Origin: Nemertoderma westbladi
Taxonomy: Eukaryota > Animalia > Xenacoelomorpha
NCBI GenBank assembly: GCA_032718475.1
Contig: JAUCBJ010004635.1
Coordinates: forward strand, 1 to 48,690
DNA: 48,690 bases
Direction: 5' to 3'
Within the stretch, counting starts at the first letter, position 1. Every line of letters starts with the position of its first letter. Below are positions 47,890 through 48,690 of the stretch, piece by piece. A model generated the notes under the pieces. That model searched no databases, was not told the origin of the DNA, and was given only the letters and a program-made list of their open reading frames with translations. A program made the translations under genes and the position numbers.

Positions 47890-48690
47890 CTAAAAATGTA
47901 AAATTAATGTATAATCCACAATTGTCACAACAGAACTGTAAATTATGGGTCATGTCATGCAGCCCTCCATTAAATGTTTTATTTATGTATAACGATAATG
48001 AGATCACTGGAATAAGTCATTAAATAAATTCCACTAACTACTAGCACTACAGTACATTATGTAGAGTTGTGGGTTAGGTTTGCTCTTTTGTTATGGTTTG
48101 TTGGTCAGACACATACAGTACCATATGTAATTTGGGCCATTATGACATGGTTTTAAGATATTTTTAATAAGCGAGTAATATCTACTGTTTACTACTGCAA
48201 CATACTTTCTAGAAAATCTATTATATTTATTAATTATCTTTTTTTATTTTAACTTTATAATCTTAACTTTTAACATATATTTTAACTGTGTAAAATGGAT
48301 CTGTTTATGGAAGGAAGTAAAATTATCACCAGGGTTTTCAAATACAATATTCTGATATTCCTTCACTAACTTCACAAATGCAATGGTGGACAGTGCCTAT
48401 ACCCCAGTATAAGGCGTATTAAAGGACGCCTTGTCCCAGTGTATATGATAGATAATATTCTTGTATTCTTGTATTTATTTCCGGGCATAAAATAAACAAA
48501 TTACACATATTGTAATCATTAAAAATACAGTAGTTCGTGAACCATTATAAGAGTTATGAGTTGAGATTGAACAGATACAATCGTCTGTATAGCTATTACC
48601 GGTAGGGTACAGGTTGATGTCAATGCCTGTATGCACATGTCATGTCAATGCACAATGCCTGTGATTATTATGCAATAATACCTGCAGCAT

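Noticed and set aside
48682-48690. 3' end of the next upstream host exon (ATGCTGCAG then gtatta)
   Set aside because: Plausible phase-1 donor, but only 9 nt are visible; cannot be supported.

Overview
Animal (probably invertebrate) genomic DNA, not prokaryotic. The window lies inside one minus-strand spliced host gene encoding a CUB domain followed by at least seven calcium-binding-type EGF modules. The EGF exons were recently multiplied by a near-identical 2.17-kb tandem duplication (1-6395). The CUB domain is split by a 36.2-kb intron (11479-47713) filled by a transposon nest: a piggyBac-type MITE, a BEL/Pao element (X, + strand) whose 5' LTR holds a related non-autonomous element (A, TSD ACCGG) with an inverted sibling (B) inside it, a LINE fragment, a second BEL/Pao element (Y, - strand), a young Mag-type Gypsy element (TSD ACGCG) inserted in Y's gag, and satellites. 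The most unusual item is a decayed ~1,400-codon extra ORF downstream of Y's integrase. It encodes a WRN/EXD/Mut-7-like DEDDy 3'-5' exonuclease domain and two zinc knuckles. A second partial copy in the window repairs two of its lesions. The X/A/B family also lacks a canonical tRNA primer-binding site. All family assignments come from motifs read by eye; no database search was run.
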